From positions 192,001-256,000 of the forward strand of contig CAWBQK010000011.1 in the NCBI GenBank assembly GCA_963791045.1: a stretch of DNA of 64,000 nt. Reading direction: 5' to 3'. The notes beneath the pieces are model-generated. The model searched no databases. It had not been told where the DNA came from and saw only the letters and a list, made by a program, of their open reading frames with translations. A program made the position numbers and the translations under genes. Source of the stretch: Candidatus Latescibacterota bacterium. GTDB lineage: Bacteria > Krumholzibacteriota > Krumholzibacteriia > WVZY01. This document shows, piece by piece, positions 9,801 to 18,425 of this stretch; the stretch's first letter is position 1; every line of letters starts with the position of its first letter.

Positions 9801-11956
9801 TCGATCCCTCCTCCATCGTTGAAATACCAGTTGACCACACCATAGGCTTGAAGACACATCAGATCGAGATCGCCATCACCATCCCAGTCTTTCAGGTAGA
9901 CCTTGGCAGAAGAAGAAACAGGGCCGGAGGACCATGCGGGATCGATCTCGAATGAAGTGCCGTTTCCGAGATAAACATGGTCCTTTTCCACGTTGCCGCA
10001 GGCGAGATCCAAATACCCATCGCCGTTAACATCGCCGATAGCGACGCTGATGTTAGATTCAGCGGGACGGGATATCCATTCCGGTGTTGAGGAGAATACG
10101 ATCCCGTTACCGAGATACGCATGGTTCGAGTAGCCGGGATCCTCTTGTTCGGGTGAGTCAGACATACCGCAGATCATGTCCAAATTTCCATCGAGGTTGA
10201 TATCCGCAAGAACGAGTGCCGAGACGGCCTCTTTGGTGAACCCCGCGAACCGGATAAACCAGTTGGGTGACACAGGGAAGAACGGTTCACTCTCATTGTT
10301 GTTCAGGAAAAGATCAATTCCTCCGGGCGGGTCGATCGAGTTGGGTTGGGGAATGGCGCTAACCAGGTCGGGCCGGCCGTTGCGATCCACGTCTCCCATC
10401 GCGAATTTGGCCAAATACCACGTGTTTTCCGCCCACAATGTCGATGTCGTCTGAAACGTCCCGCCGACATTGAGGTAATAACGGTATCCGCCACCAAAGA
10501 TGCCAACAAAATCAACAAACCCATCGCGATTGAGATCTTCGAGCTCGAGATGTCCGGCCCCAAACGTGTCGTCGGACTCCCAACCAGGCGCGGTACTCAA
10601 ACGTCCTCGATCATTCAGGTATACACAATCCCTGTTTGGTTCGGGGGCGTAGCCGACACCGTTTGAACATACGAGATCGAGGTCTCCATCGTTGTCGATA
10701 TCACCGAAAGCAATGCCCACGGTGGTTCGCTCATCATCGGACGTCCAGTCCGGCACATTTGTGTAGACCGGCGTGATATTGTTGAGGAGTATATTGAACG
10801 GATTAGAGGAGGCGGGCCCGCCGATCGCAAACAACAGATCGAGGTCCCCATCCGCGTCCATGTCTCCAAGGGAGACCCTCTGCTTCTGGCCGGGTGTCGT
10901 GATTTGCCAGTCCGCCGTTGTGTGAAGCACACCTCCGTCATTCACGTACAGTCTTGTGATTAGAGTTGCGTCCGCGAAGAGCACGTCGAGATCCCCATCA
11001 CCTTCCACATCACCGATCGTCATCGAGTGCGTCGTCACCGTCTCGTCGGTCTGCCACGACGGCGTTGTTTCCAGCATTCCGCCGGCGTTGACGTAAAGGA
11101 CATTCTTCTGACCTGCATACTCCCCATTTCCGCACAATAGATCCAGGTAGCCGTCCCCGTTCATGTCCCCGAGGGCGATTGCCTGTGTGGCCAGCTCATC
11201 GGAAGAGCGCCAGGAAGGCGTCGCTTCAAACATGCCGTCGTAGTTCAGGTACACCGTGTTCGCGGAACCGCTGCCATCGGAGTTGCCAAAAGCCACATCT
11301 AGATATCCGTTCCCATCGATATCTCCGAGGGCGAGAGCACGCGTGTCGAGCGAGTCGGCGCTCTCCCACGCTGGAGTGCTCTCGAACGTTTCACCGTTAT
11401 TGAGATAGAGGCGGTTGACTTTGTACCGGGGCAGGCCGGTTAAGGCGCCGTTCGCGCAAACGAGATCGAGATCACCGTCGTTGTCGACATCGCCAAGGAC
11501 GATTTCCTGAGTCAGCATGGTTATTCCGGATGTCCACGCGGGATACACTTCGAAGACGGCCGGGCCGCCGACATTGCGGTAGAGGTTTATTGCTCCGCTA
11601 TAGTTCCCGCAGACCAGGTCAAGATCCCCGTCTCCATCAACATCTCCAAGAGCGACCGAGTATGTCCCGTTGGATTGAAAAGACTGCCATGCAGGGGTTG
11701 TCGCCAGAGTGCCGCCGTTGTTCAAGTAGAGTGTATTCTTTTGGCTCTTGTTGCCGAAGACGACATCAAGATAGCCATCGAGATTCACGTCACCGACAGC
11801 TATACAGTAGGAGTCATTAGCCTGATCCGAAATCCAGATGGATTCCGTCGAAAAGTAGTCGTCCTGGGCGGACACATTTGCCCCTGAAATCCCCATGGTA
11901 ATGGCGACAAAGAGGAGCAGTCGTTTGATTGGGATAATGTCGCAACGCATAGTCAT
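6836..11956 (-). CDS. Large secreted FG-GAP/VCBS repeat protein with Ig-like domains and FlgD-Ig/T9SS-like C-terminus
   Basis: 1706-aa ORF; many GD(V/I)DGDGDLDL repeats; Ig-like NTGTGPL.I segment; tail QNYPNPFNPTT...SGVYFYRL. Confidence 0.9.
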   Translation of the reverse strand: MTMRCDIIPIKRLLLFVAITMGISGANVSAQDDYFSTESIWISDQANDSYCIAVGDVNLDGYLDVVFGNKSQKNTLYLNNGGTLATTPAWQSFQSNGTYSVALGDVDGDGDLDLVCGNYSGAINLYRNVGGPAVFEVYPAWTSGITMLTQEIVLGDVDNDGDLDLVCANGALTGLPRYKVNRLYLNNGETFESTPAWESADSLDTRALALGDIDGNGYLDVAFGNSDGSGSANTVYLNYDGMFEATPSWRSSDELATQAIALGDMNGDGYLDLLCGNGEYAGQKNVLYVNAGGMLETTPSWQTDETVTTHSMTIGDVEGDGDLDVLFADATLITRLYVNDGGVLHTTADWQITTPGQKQRVSLGDMDADGDLDLLFAIGGPASSNPFNILLNNITPVYTNVPDWTSDDERTTVGIAFGDIDNDGDLDLVCSNGVGYAPEPNRDCVYLNDRGRLSTAPGWESDDTFGAGHLELEDLNRDGFVDFVGIFGGGYRYYLNVGGTFQTTSTLWAENTWYLAKFAMGDVDRNGRPDLVSAIPQPNSIDPPGGIDLFLNNNESEPFFPVSPNWFIRFAGFTKEAVSALVLADINLDGNLDMICGMSDSPEQEDPGYSNHAYLGNGIVFSSTPEWISRPAESNISVAIGDVNGDGYLDLACGNVEKDHVYLGNGTSFEIDPAWSSGPVSSSAKVYLKDWDGDGDLDLMCLQAYGVVNWYFNDGGGIEIEPGYTIDIDNTTPGLRALRGIAVGDVDGDGDFDLALATGYQLDFESNGLLRGKKQPPYKGDPENPTHSLPNNGAWVRWVTLDPSGDNFAQIQLEAVDVESDPVWILLNYQFEGNPTWFEVDVPGETGAIGPLASSPEGTPHSFDWNILQIPFDHRDIVLRIRTVSAPSRVSEIQSVATHLSNVGRLTPSRPEITVPSYELVFPTVTVGDTTCLDLVIMNTGTGPLSIESISLPSIEMAIGRSFPFVVPAGDSDTVSVCIQPCQDLEIAGPLTITSSDPLKPTTTVNVASDVRALEFKSTLLSETEILPLGDAVSVMVAPAPDVQVEYGFLYYRSSGRAAFADSVALSANSLGFAGIIPGEHVTETGIDYYVRVVNDCVETTDPPGAPEACHHRWVEPPVSLTTTPVPTGEQGFLEGRSIRVAVGLPQGTEFVSGMLHCREGAAHLFVEVPFALEEDLPFATIPDSLVAERGVEYWAEIQTATTTLTDPPNDPEQNPYALQVIVDDLEERLSYPGERFRMVSVPMDFGGDFTGSLLSILSDQHEFGPYDPMQWRCFRYSREDGAYRELSSEGDDELFYLAPERGFWLISRDTHRISTAPITGTSVSTEGPYEITLEPGWNQIGHPFVFAVDWDSMAVDSLTAPQAVDSGIIQTPVGWSEDGMYDYEIDNMYPFYAYWIKNLSSSPVVLAMPPVEAIEEATQPPPDQVPDGEDTEEWTIRIIASSVGAHDAFNLVGINKDADASWDPRDRAEAPMGPGRMLSLYFPHSSWKTHPGAYTTDIRSGYIALDANQVEALASNEIAWGQAWRFDVGKTFTDNPVGDEVELEFDGLSGVPAEAGAHLIDHEMRQVVNLRDNNRYAFYLAESDVVAEEIDTRFTLVIGSETFVGDTPLPPLPTSTALHQNYPNPFNPTTLIKYDIASAGKVSVRVFDASGALVRDLYSGHRMPGRYVISWHGDNQAGHHVASGVYFYRLESPTTTKTKKMVMLK

Positions 11957-12032
11957 CAGTTTCCTCGCAATTGTTAGTTATCCCCTTGGGAGCAAACGCT
12001 GTTAGCCGGCGCTCTCCTGGTTCGCTATGGAG

Positions 12033-13988
12033 TCAGTTTTTTCTCTTCCAAAATGACGCGAAAATAGACTGTTTTTGCCCGCTCTGTTCTTTTTGACGCC
12101 GGACAAAGTTTCTGAAAGAAGAGGAGCATATGGTGAGCACGCCCTCCTTCTCCAATAGATATCCCTGGCGGATGAGTTCCTCGTTTACGAATCTGAATTT
12201 TGCGTTGATGGTTTTTTCGAGCGCCACACGGGATAGGTTTTCTTGTGAGAGTTCATCCATGTGATCCCACACGAACTGATAGTGAGGAAACGCCTCCTCG
12301 TTGAAATCGCGCGAAATCTGATCCCAATCCGGTTCGGAATCCGGATGGTCGATCAGATTCTCGAAGATGTTCGAGCTCGCGATCTGGAGGTAGAAAGGGA
12401 ATAAGCCCGCGAGATCGATGATTTTGTCGGCGAACGACTCGAGCGGAATGCCCTCGGAGTTTGAAGGCACGGTTATCAATTCCAGCGCCTCGTCCCGGTT
12501 GAATGGACGCAGAGGAAGATTTGAAAAGATATTGAAAAACGGCGAGTCGGAGATGTCTTTGTTATGGCACATGAGCTGGAGTTCCTGGTACGACGACGTA
12601 ACGTATGCCATACGGTAGCTGTTGGCGAGGGATCTCAGGTAAGAAAAGAACTGCTCTTCAAACCTCTCGTTCCCGGTAATCGAATCGAACTCATCCATCA
12701 GGATGATCAGTCGCTTGCCGTCGGTGTTGATCTTGTTGACGACATCTTTGAGTTGTTCGAGTGTCCTGTCGCGGTCGGCTACCTCCACGGCGCCCTTTGC
12801 CTCGTATTCGAGTAGGTTGAACAACAGATCTATGAATCCTTCGACACCAAAATCGTAGTGCCGCTGAAAGTCCATATAAACAAAGATGGCGGATTCGTTG
12901 TTCTGCATGTGACGGCGGCGGTTGTCGGCGTTGTACACGTGGTTCAAAAGCGACGACTTGCCGATCCGCCGATCGCCTACAATCGATATCGACTGGGGGT
13001 GCGGTGCGTCGAGGCGTGAGTAGATTCTGCGAACTTCTCGTCGGCGTCCGAAAAAGTCGGACGGATTCTGAATCATCACCCGGTTGACGTATGGGTTGCG
13101 CTCGGCAACGCGCCGGCTGGACAGATCTCGCATGATCCCGCTTTCGAGACCCGCCTTGCTTGACCCGCCGCTCAATTCGGGTATCGCGGTCTTCAATTCT
13201 TCGAGGATCTCCGTGAAGTCACGCGGACGGTTTTGGGGATCCTTCTCCAGACACCGCTTCAATAAGCTGTTTATCTCGTCCGGAACTTCGTCGGGGTATT
13301 CGACATCGATTTCATTGAGGATCAAATACATGAGGGCGGTAGGATGTTCCGCTACGAACGGGAAGCGACCGCTTACGAGCCGAAAAAGATCCACGCCGAA
13401 AGCGAAGATGTCGGTTCGCTCGTCTACACGTTCCCCCCGAATCTGTTCGGGAGCCATAAACTGCGGTGTGCCCGCCGTTCCATGGCTTGTGGTGGTCATC
13501 TGCCGGTGTACGAATTTTGCCAAACCAAAATCGAGAATTCGAACCTGCTTTCCCTCCGCGGGAGACTGACTGACCATAATGTTTTTGAGCGTGAGATCGC
13601 GATGGATGATTCCGAGACCGTGCGCGTACGCCATCCCCTTGCAGATTCCCTCCGCGAACTTGCATGCCTGGAGAGCGCCGAGCGAAGAGTTGTCCGCGAG
13701 ATCCATCAGCGACGGACCATCGATGAATTCCATGACAAAATACGGCCGATTTTTATGTTCGCCCGCGTCGTAGATTGTCACGATGTTGGGATGGTTGAGC
13801 TTTGCGAGGGACTCCATCTCGCGATGAAATTTTCGTTCGAAAGACGAGCCCGGATCGATCTCATTCATCACCTTGATGGCCACAGGTCTGTTCAGTTTCA
13901 GGTCGAGTCCCTGGTAGACTGTGCCAAAGCCACCTTTACCGACACGTCGTTCGATCTTGTACTTATCGTCTAAAAGGGCTCCAATCAT
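12033..13988 (-). CDS. Ser/Thr protein kinase fused to a STAND-like P-loop ATPase
   Basis: GKGGFG, VAIK, HRDL, DFG and APE kinase motifs; then NPY...FFGR, Walker A GDRRIGKS, Walker B ILMDEFD. Confidence 0.9.
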   Translation of the reverse strand: MIGALLDDKYKIERRVGKGGFGTVYQGLDLKLNRPVAIKVMNEIDPGSSFERKFHREMESLAKLNHPNIVTIYDAGEHKNRPYFVMEFIDGPSLMDLADNSSLGALQACKFAEGICKGMAYAHGLGIIHRDLTLKNIMVSQSPAEGKQVRILDFGLAKFVHRQMTTTSHGTAGTPQFMAPEQIRGERVDERTDIFAFGVDLFRLVSGRFPFVAEHPTALMYLILNEIDVEYPDEVPDEINSLLKRCLEKDPQNRPRDFTEILEELKTAIPELSGGSSKAGLESGIMRDLSSRRVAERNPYVNRVMIQNPSDFFGRRREVRRIYSRLDAPHPQSISIVGDRRIGKSSLLNHVYNADNRRRHMQNNESAIFVYMDFQRHYDFGVEGFIDLLFNLLEYEAKGAVEVADRDRTLEQLKDVVNKINTDGKRLIILMDEFDSITGNERFEEQFFSYLRSLANSYRMAYVTSSYQELQLMCHNKDISDSPFFNIFSNLPLRPFNRDEALELITVPSNSEGIPLESFADKIIDLAGLFPFYLQIASSNIFENLIDHPDSEPDWDQISRDFNEEAFPHYQFVWDHMDELSQENLSRVALEKTINAKFRFVNEELIRQGYLLEKEGVLTICSSSFRNFVRRQKEQSGQKQSIFASFWKRKN

Positions 13989-16201
13989 GGGGTTTTCGCT
14001 CCAAACCGGTGCTGGAATCGCACCGTGTCCCGTGAAGTGATGGTCAGTGTTTTAAGAATGTTTTCGTATTGAGGGTGCCGAAGTTCGATCTCATGAGCGC
14101 CTTCATCCAGGGACATCGAAAAATAGACGGCGTTTTCCTCTCTCATCTCACCATCGATCCACAGTTCGGCATACGGCTGGACCTGAATGATCAACATTCC
14201 GGGCGGAAGCTTCTCAAGTGACGCTTCGAAGAGATGATCGGGCGCGGGTACGCTGAGGTCAGTTAAGCGGTTGATATACCCGGCCTTGCGGAGTTCGACC
14301 GAGTGATTACCGTGTGAGATCGAAGAGAAGCTCTTCGGCGTCGATCCCATCAATTTGCCGTCCATGTATATCTCGGCCCCGACGGGATTGGAGACGATCG
14401 TGAGCGGCGACATCAGCAGCGAAAACGAGTGGCTGATAGTCCGCACTGAGTCCTCGATGACTTCGGCGTCGGTTATGTTTCCCGCATTGAAACCGGACAG
14501 GCGAAGCTGGATTCTATGTTTTTTGATTACCGAGAGATTGTCGAGTGTTGCCGGTGTAGACAAGCCGGTGCTTTTGCCATCGAGATAGATGGTTGCCCCC
14601 GGAGGTGTCGATATTATGCGAAGATCACCGGTCTTTTCGGTGAGTGACACGGCTTTGTCGAACGCTTCGTCTCTATTGAGCCGCAGCGTGTCGGTGTAAT
14701 CCCTGTAGCCGACAAGCTCGATTCTTAAGGGGGTGTCCTTGACAGGCAACGGCCGGTTTTCGATGGGGGACCGTCCCGCCCAGTTCCCATCAATTATCAC
14801 GGTTGCGTTTGAAGGAGTTGTGCGGATCGTCACCTCCGTCGAATCCATGATAACGGCTTCAGGTTGCGTCACGGCTACTGGTTGACTTTGATTCCGGTTC
14901 AAAAAGGAGATAACGACGATTGCCGAGACAATCAATGCCGCCGCGGCGCCGACGAGCCACAATCTCGATTTGGACTTCGATCGATCGACGGCAACAACAC
15001 CCGTCGCGGGATTGATCGCTGTGTTGCCGATCTCCTCGACGGCTTGCCAGATGGAGTGCATACGGGAAATCCACAAACGCCACAGGTCCATCTTGAACCG
15101 ATAGGCGGTTTTTGGTCCGCCATCCTTATCGAGTAAATCGTGATAAAAAAGTTTCTCCAGGGATTCATTTAGTTTCGCTTCATCGATTCGGTATCCAATA
15201 CGGTGGTTTTCCGCAAAAGAAATAATTTCTTTGGGAGTAACGGCTTTTTGATCTTCCTTTGCCAACTCGCCGATGATCGACAGGGCGAGTTTTTCCATCA
15301 CGGACAGTGAACTCCAACTGAAGATCATCTGGGGAAGAGGATTCTCAATGATTTCATCGGTCGTACGAAGAAGATCCTCGGCCGTGACCGTATACGAATG
15401 GCGTTCGTTCAGATGATCGACGAGAGTCTGGCAAAAGACCTGAGTGTAAAACGGCTGTCCGGACGTGAGTTCGTAAACACGTTCTGGAACGCCGTCCTCG
15501 TACGTGATTACTCCGTCGAGGGGGTGTTTGATCAAACCCAGAGTGTCGGAGTGGCTGAGGTAACTAATACGGCGATGGAGCGACTTGCCGAGGAATCGTT
15601 CCCAATATTCGGCGGAACGTTCCTCGAGCTTGTCAGATCCCGTGAATATGATAAACAGGCCTTCTTTGTGTTCGATCCAGTTGGCGAACAGGTTGAGGAT
15701 TTCCGTGCTTATCAGTTGTTTCGAAATGTGAGACTCGAAAATCTCGTATTCATCGAACAGCAAGACGAGCTTCTTGCCCGCCAGGTGCTCGTTAATCTTA
15801 AAAATGAGTTTGTGAAAGACTTCAAGTGGATTGTCAGCGTCGACAATGGTCTCGCTGTGGCGTGTGATATCTGGGTCGCCGATCGCTTCGACAATGCCCG
15901 CCGCCAGTTTGACAAGAAAATCCCGGTCGTTCTCAACCGTCATCGATTGCATATCGATAAGCACGGGGACGAACTCGTCGCCCAACCGGCCGTCTTTTAC
16001 CTGGAACAAGATGGACGTCTTGCCGCTTCGTCGGCTCCCGCAAAGGACGAGCATTCCACCCTTTTTCCCGCCGGTGACATTTCGCTTTATGTAGGCGAAA
16101 TCCTCCTCGCGGCCGAAAAACATTTTCCGGCCTTTGATGGGATTGCCAACGATATAGGGGTTGTCTATCCGACGGAAATTATCACTCGAGGAAGTGACCA
16201 T
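13985..16201 (-). CDS. STAND-like ATPase with transmembrane helix and C-terminal PEGA repeats
   Basis: NPYIVGNP..FFGRE, GSRRSGKTS, LLFDEYE; TM LWLVGAAAALIVSAIVVISFL; about four PEGA units (TTPSNATVIIDG, STPPGATIYLDG, SNPVGAEIYMDG, VQPYAELWIDG). Confidence 0.85.
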   Translation of the reverse strand: MVTSSSDNFRRIDNPYIVGNPIKGRKMFFGREEDFAYIKRNVTGGKKGGMLVLCGSRRSGKTSILFQVKDGRLGDEFVPVLIDMQSMTVENDRDFLVKLAAGIVEAIGDPDITRHSETIVDADNPLEVFHKLIFKINEHLAGKKLVLLFDEYEIFESHISKQLISTEILNLFANWIEHKEGLFIIFTGSDKLEERSAEYWERFLGKSLHRRISYLSHSDTLGLIKHPLDGVITYEDGVPERVYELTSGQPFYTQVFCQTLVDHLNERHSYTVTAEDLLRTTDEIIENPLPQMIFSWSSLSVMEKLALSIIGELAKEDQKAVTPKEIISFAENHRIGYRIDEAKLNESLEKLFYHDLLDKDGGPKTAYRFKMDLWRLWISRMHSIWQAVEEIGNTAINPATGVVAVDRSKSKSRLWLVGAAAALIVSAIVVISFLNRNQSQPVAVTQPEAVIMDSTEVTIRTTPSNATVIIDGNWAGRSPIENRPLPVKDTPLRIELVGYRDYTDTLRLNRDEAFDKAVSLTEKTGDLRIISTPPGATIYLDGKSTGLSTPATLDNLSVIKKHRIQLRLSGFNAGNITDAEVIEDSVRTISHSFSLLMSPLTIVSNPVGAEIYMDGKLMGSTPKSFSSISHGNHSVELRKAGYINRLTDLSVPAPDHLFEASLEKLPPGMLIIQVQPYAELWIDGEMREENAVYFSMSLDEGAHEIELRHPQYENILKTLTITSRDTVRFQHRFGAKTP

Positions 16202-16256
16202 TTAGACTCTTTCTGCAAAGTGCCCGGGCTCGCCTGCTTTGTACGACTCTATCAGG

Positions 16257-17024
16257 TCAGTTTGTCGGCGGTTCCGGTGGCTCGCTCAGTGCCGTCGGTT
16301 CGGGCGGGGCGTCGTCTTCGCCACCGCTAAGCCCAACAGCGAGCAGCACGCCGGCCACGGCTACCGCGCCAACCCGCCAGAGCCACCACTTCTTGTCCCG
16401 GTCGCGGCTCATTGACAGCGAGAGATTCAGCTTGTCGTCGGGTTGCACCTGAATCGTTTCTGTGTAGTCTTTGTAGCCGGAGCGTGTCAAAACAAGGGTA
16501 TGCTGACCGACGGGGACGTACGCGAGAACCAATGGCGTGTCACCCTTGTGTACTGTATCCAGGAACACGCGGGCTTCTTCCGGTTTGCGAATCGTCAACG
16601 AACCGAACATCTCTTTTCGAAGCCGGTCGTAAGTGACATTTACCTGCGGAGTAAACGTCAATTCATCCGCCGTCAGGTCGGGAAAGCGTTCGAGCGCCTG
16701 CCGGGCACTCGACTCGGCATTTGGCTCGTCTCGCTTGGTGATGTGGGTGAAAACCAGGTTGTTGTAGGCCTGTCGGAGAACATCCTCGGAGTCCGAGTAT
16801 TCGCTTATGATGTCGTTCAACAGGGCAATTGCCCTATCAAACTCACCGTTAAATCGGAGGGAGCTTATCTCCTCCCACTTCTGATAAATTGAATCGTCCT
16901 CTTGTTGTTGAGCTAGGGCTGGAGGTGGAAAGCAAGGGATGAGAGAGCCGAATATGAAGGCAGAAAGCATGCAAACGCATATCCAACGGCTGGGCAACCG
17001 TTTGGGTCGGGTCCGCCAAAGCAA
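16257..17024 (-). CDS. Exported TPR-like plus PEGA domain protein with C-terminal hydrophobic helix
   Basis: RBS AAAGGAGG before TTG 17024; signal peptide; helical repeat segment; PEGA (EEARVFLD...GDTPL...GY); KKWWLW plus hydrophobic tail; promoter TTGACG-17-TACAAT at 17097-17125. Confidence 0.8.
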   Translation of the reverse strand: MLWRTRPKRLPSRWICVCMLSAFIFGSLIPCFPPPALAQQQEDDSIYQKWEEISSLRFNGEFDRAIALLNDIISEYSDSEDVLRQAYNNLVFTHITKRDEPNAESSARQALERFPDLTADELTFTPQVNVTYDRLRKEMFGSLTIRKPEEARVFLDTVHKGDTPLVLAYVPVGQHTLVLTRSGYKDYTETIQVQPDDKLNLSLSMSRDRDKKWWLWRVGAVAVAGVLLAVGLSGGEDDAPPEPTALSEPPEPPTN

Positions 17025-17567
17025 TGGCTTACCTCCTTTTTGAAACGTCATGCGAAGCGAGATGTGCTGAGCTGGAGTTTTTTCAACGCTCCCGGGATTG
17101 TACCTTATGTCAGGCGGTTCGTCAATCGGTCAACTTGGTATTTACTAGTCACTTAAGAATCAGGATCATGCGGTTTTGGCCTGGAGGGACAGTTGTGCCG
17201 CTCCCGACCGAGTTGGAACAATCGGGAACGTGAGAAAAGCCATCCGATTAACTCCCGGACGGCTTTCCTCTCGCGGTGCCTCTGACGGCACGAATATAAA
17301 TACGTTTTCTAAGGGCCGGGCGCACTTCGCCGCACAGACAAATACGACGCCCGGGATATCGAAGGCCATGTTCAATAAGTATGGATGCAGTTTGGAAGAT
17401 GGAACACGAGTATTATACCGCAAAACTCGCCCCGAGTCTATTTGACTTTTGTCAGGTTTTGTAACGACAAAAGTCGTGTTGCGGTCGTCATTGAAAGTCA
17501 CGAAAGAGCGCAGTGGTGTGCGACGAACCCGATTGCATTGTGGACAAGTTTTGCAAGAAAATAAGTA

Positions 17568-18234
17568 TTATGCAAGTACACGAATCGTAACAATGCCGAG
17601 GCACATAAGTACGAGACCAAACACGATTACGATGATCGACTTCCGGTTGCGCGATACAACGTCGGGACCTTTGTCCGGTTGATAAAAATTGAAGCTTCGC
17701 TCGACAAGCAGTTCCCCCGGCGGATGCTCGACGACGAGTGTGTACTTTCCCGGGGGCATGTCCCTGAATTCGAGATCGTCGACAATCGGGTAGAGCGTCC
17801 AGTGGCCCGCGGGCGAGATATGACGATCTGTCCGGCCGGGTGAACTCGGATTCGTCGATGACCCGGCCCTCGGGGTCATACCATCTGAAGATGAATGTTA
17901 CGGGTTCCTCTCGGATATTCTTGACGGTGAGCCGTGCGGATATTTTGTGAGACGAGAGGCCGTCGCGCATCGCAACCATCCGGACGACAGATTCGTACAT
18001 ATATCCGTCATAGCTTCTTTTCTGTGTCTGGCTCTGGAGATCGAGTTTTGCGGTCATATCGCACCGCTGAATGTTTCGGCGGGTCGGAACCCGGCGGGCG
18101 CTCGGATCGATCGTGGGCGGCGTGTAATTTTGCACGACGAGGACCCGGCCATTCGGCGGTTCCGCATTCACCGATTCGAAAAGAATGGGGACGATAAGTA
18201 CGAAGATTACAAGCCACAACCAGTGCCCGCGCAT
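17568..18234 (-). CDS. Exported protein with C-terminal membrane anchor (frameshift near 17820)
   Basis: Signal peptide MRGHWLWLVIFVL...; Ig-like FRWYDPEG segment continues in ORF 17568..17879 (PPGKYTLVV...; TM IIVIVFGLVLMCLGIV). Confidence 0.6.
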
Positions 18235-18306
18235 ACGATCCTCCAGGGGAAAAACCGCGCGACGTCCGTGCCGGGATCGCCTATATACGATTCGTGGACA
18301 GGCGTT

Positions 18307-18321
18307 GCATCTTCCATGCCA
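18307..18321 (-). promoter_or_regulatory. sigma54 promoter
   Basis: Minus strand TGGCATG-GAAG-ATGC, about 70 nt upstream of ATG 18234. Confidence 0.6.
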
Positions 18322-18425
18322 TCTTGCGCCCCGCCAATGGGATGACGTTTCTGGTTTTCAATGCGAAATCCGTGGGGTACAATCGCTTCAAAACTACCCA
18401 AACAAGCACTCAAGGAGGCGCTTCA

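Noticed and set aside
17166-17501. 111-aa minus-strand ORF between the PEGA operon and the 17568 gene
   Set aside because: No clear RBS or recognisable motif; cannot be supported from the sequence alone
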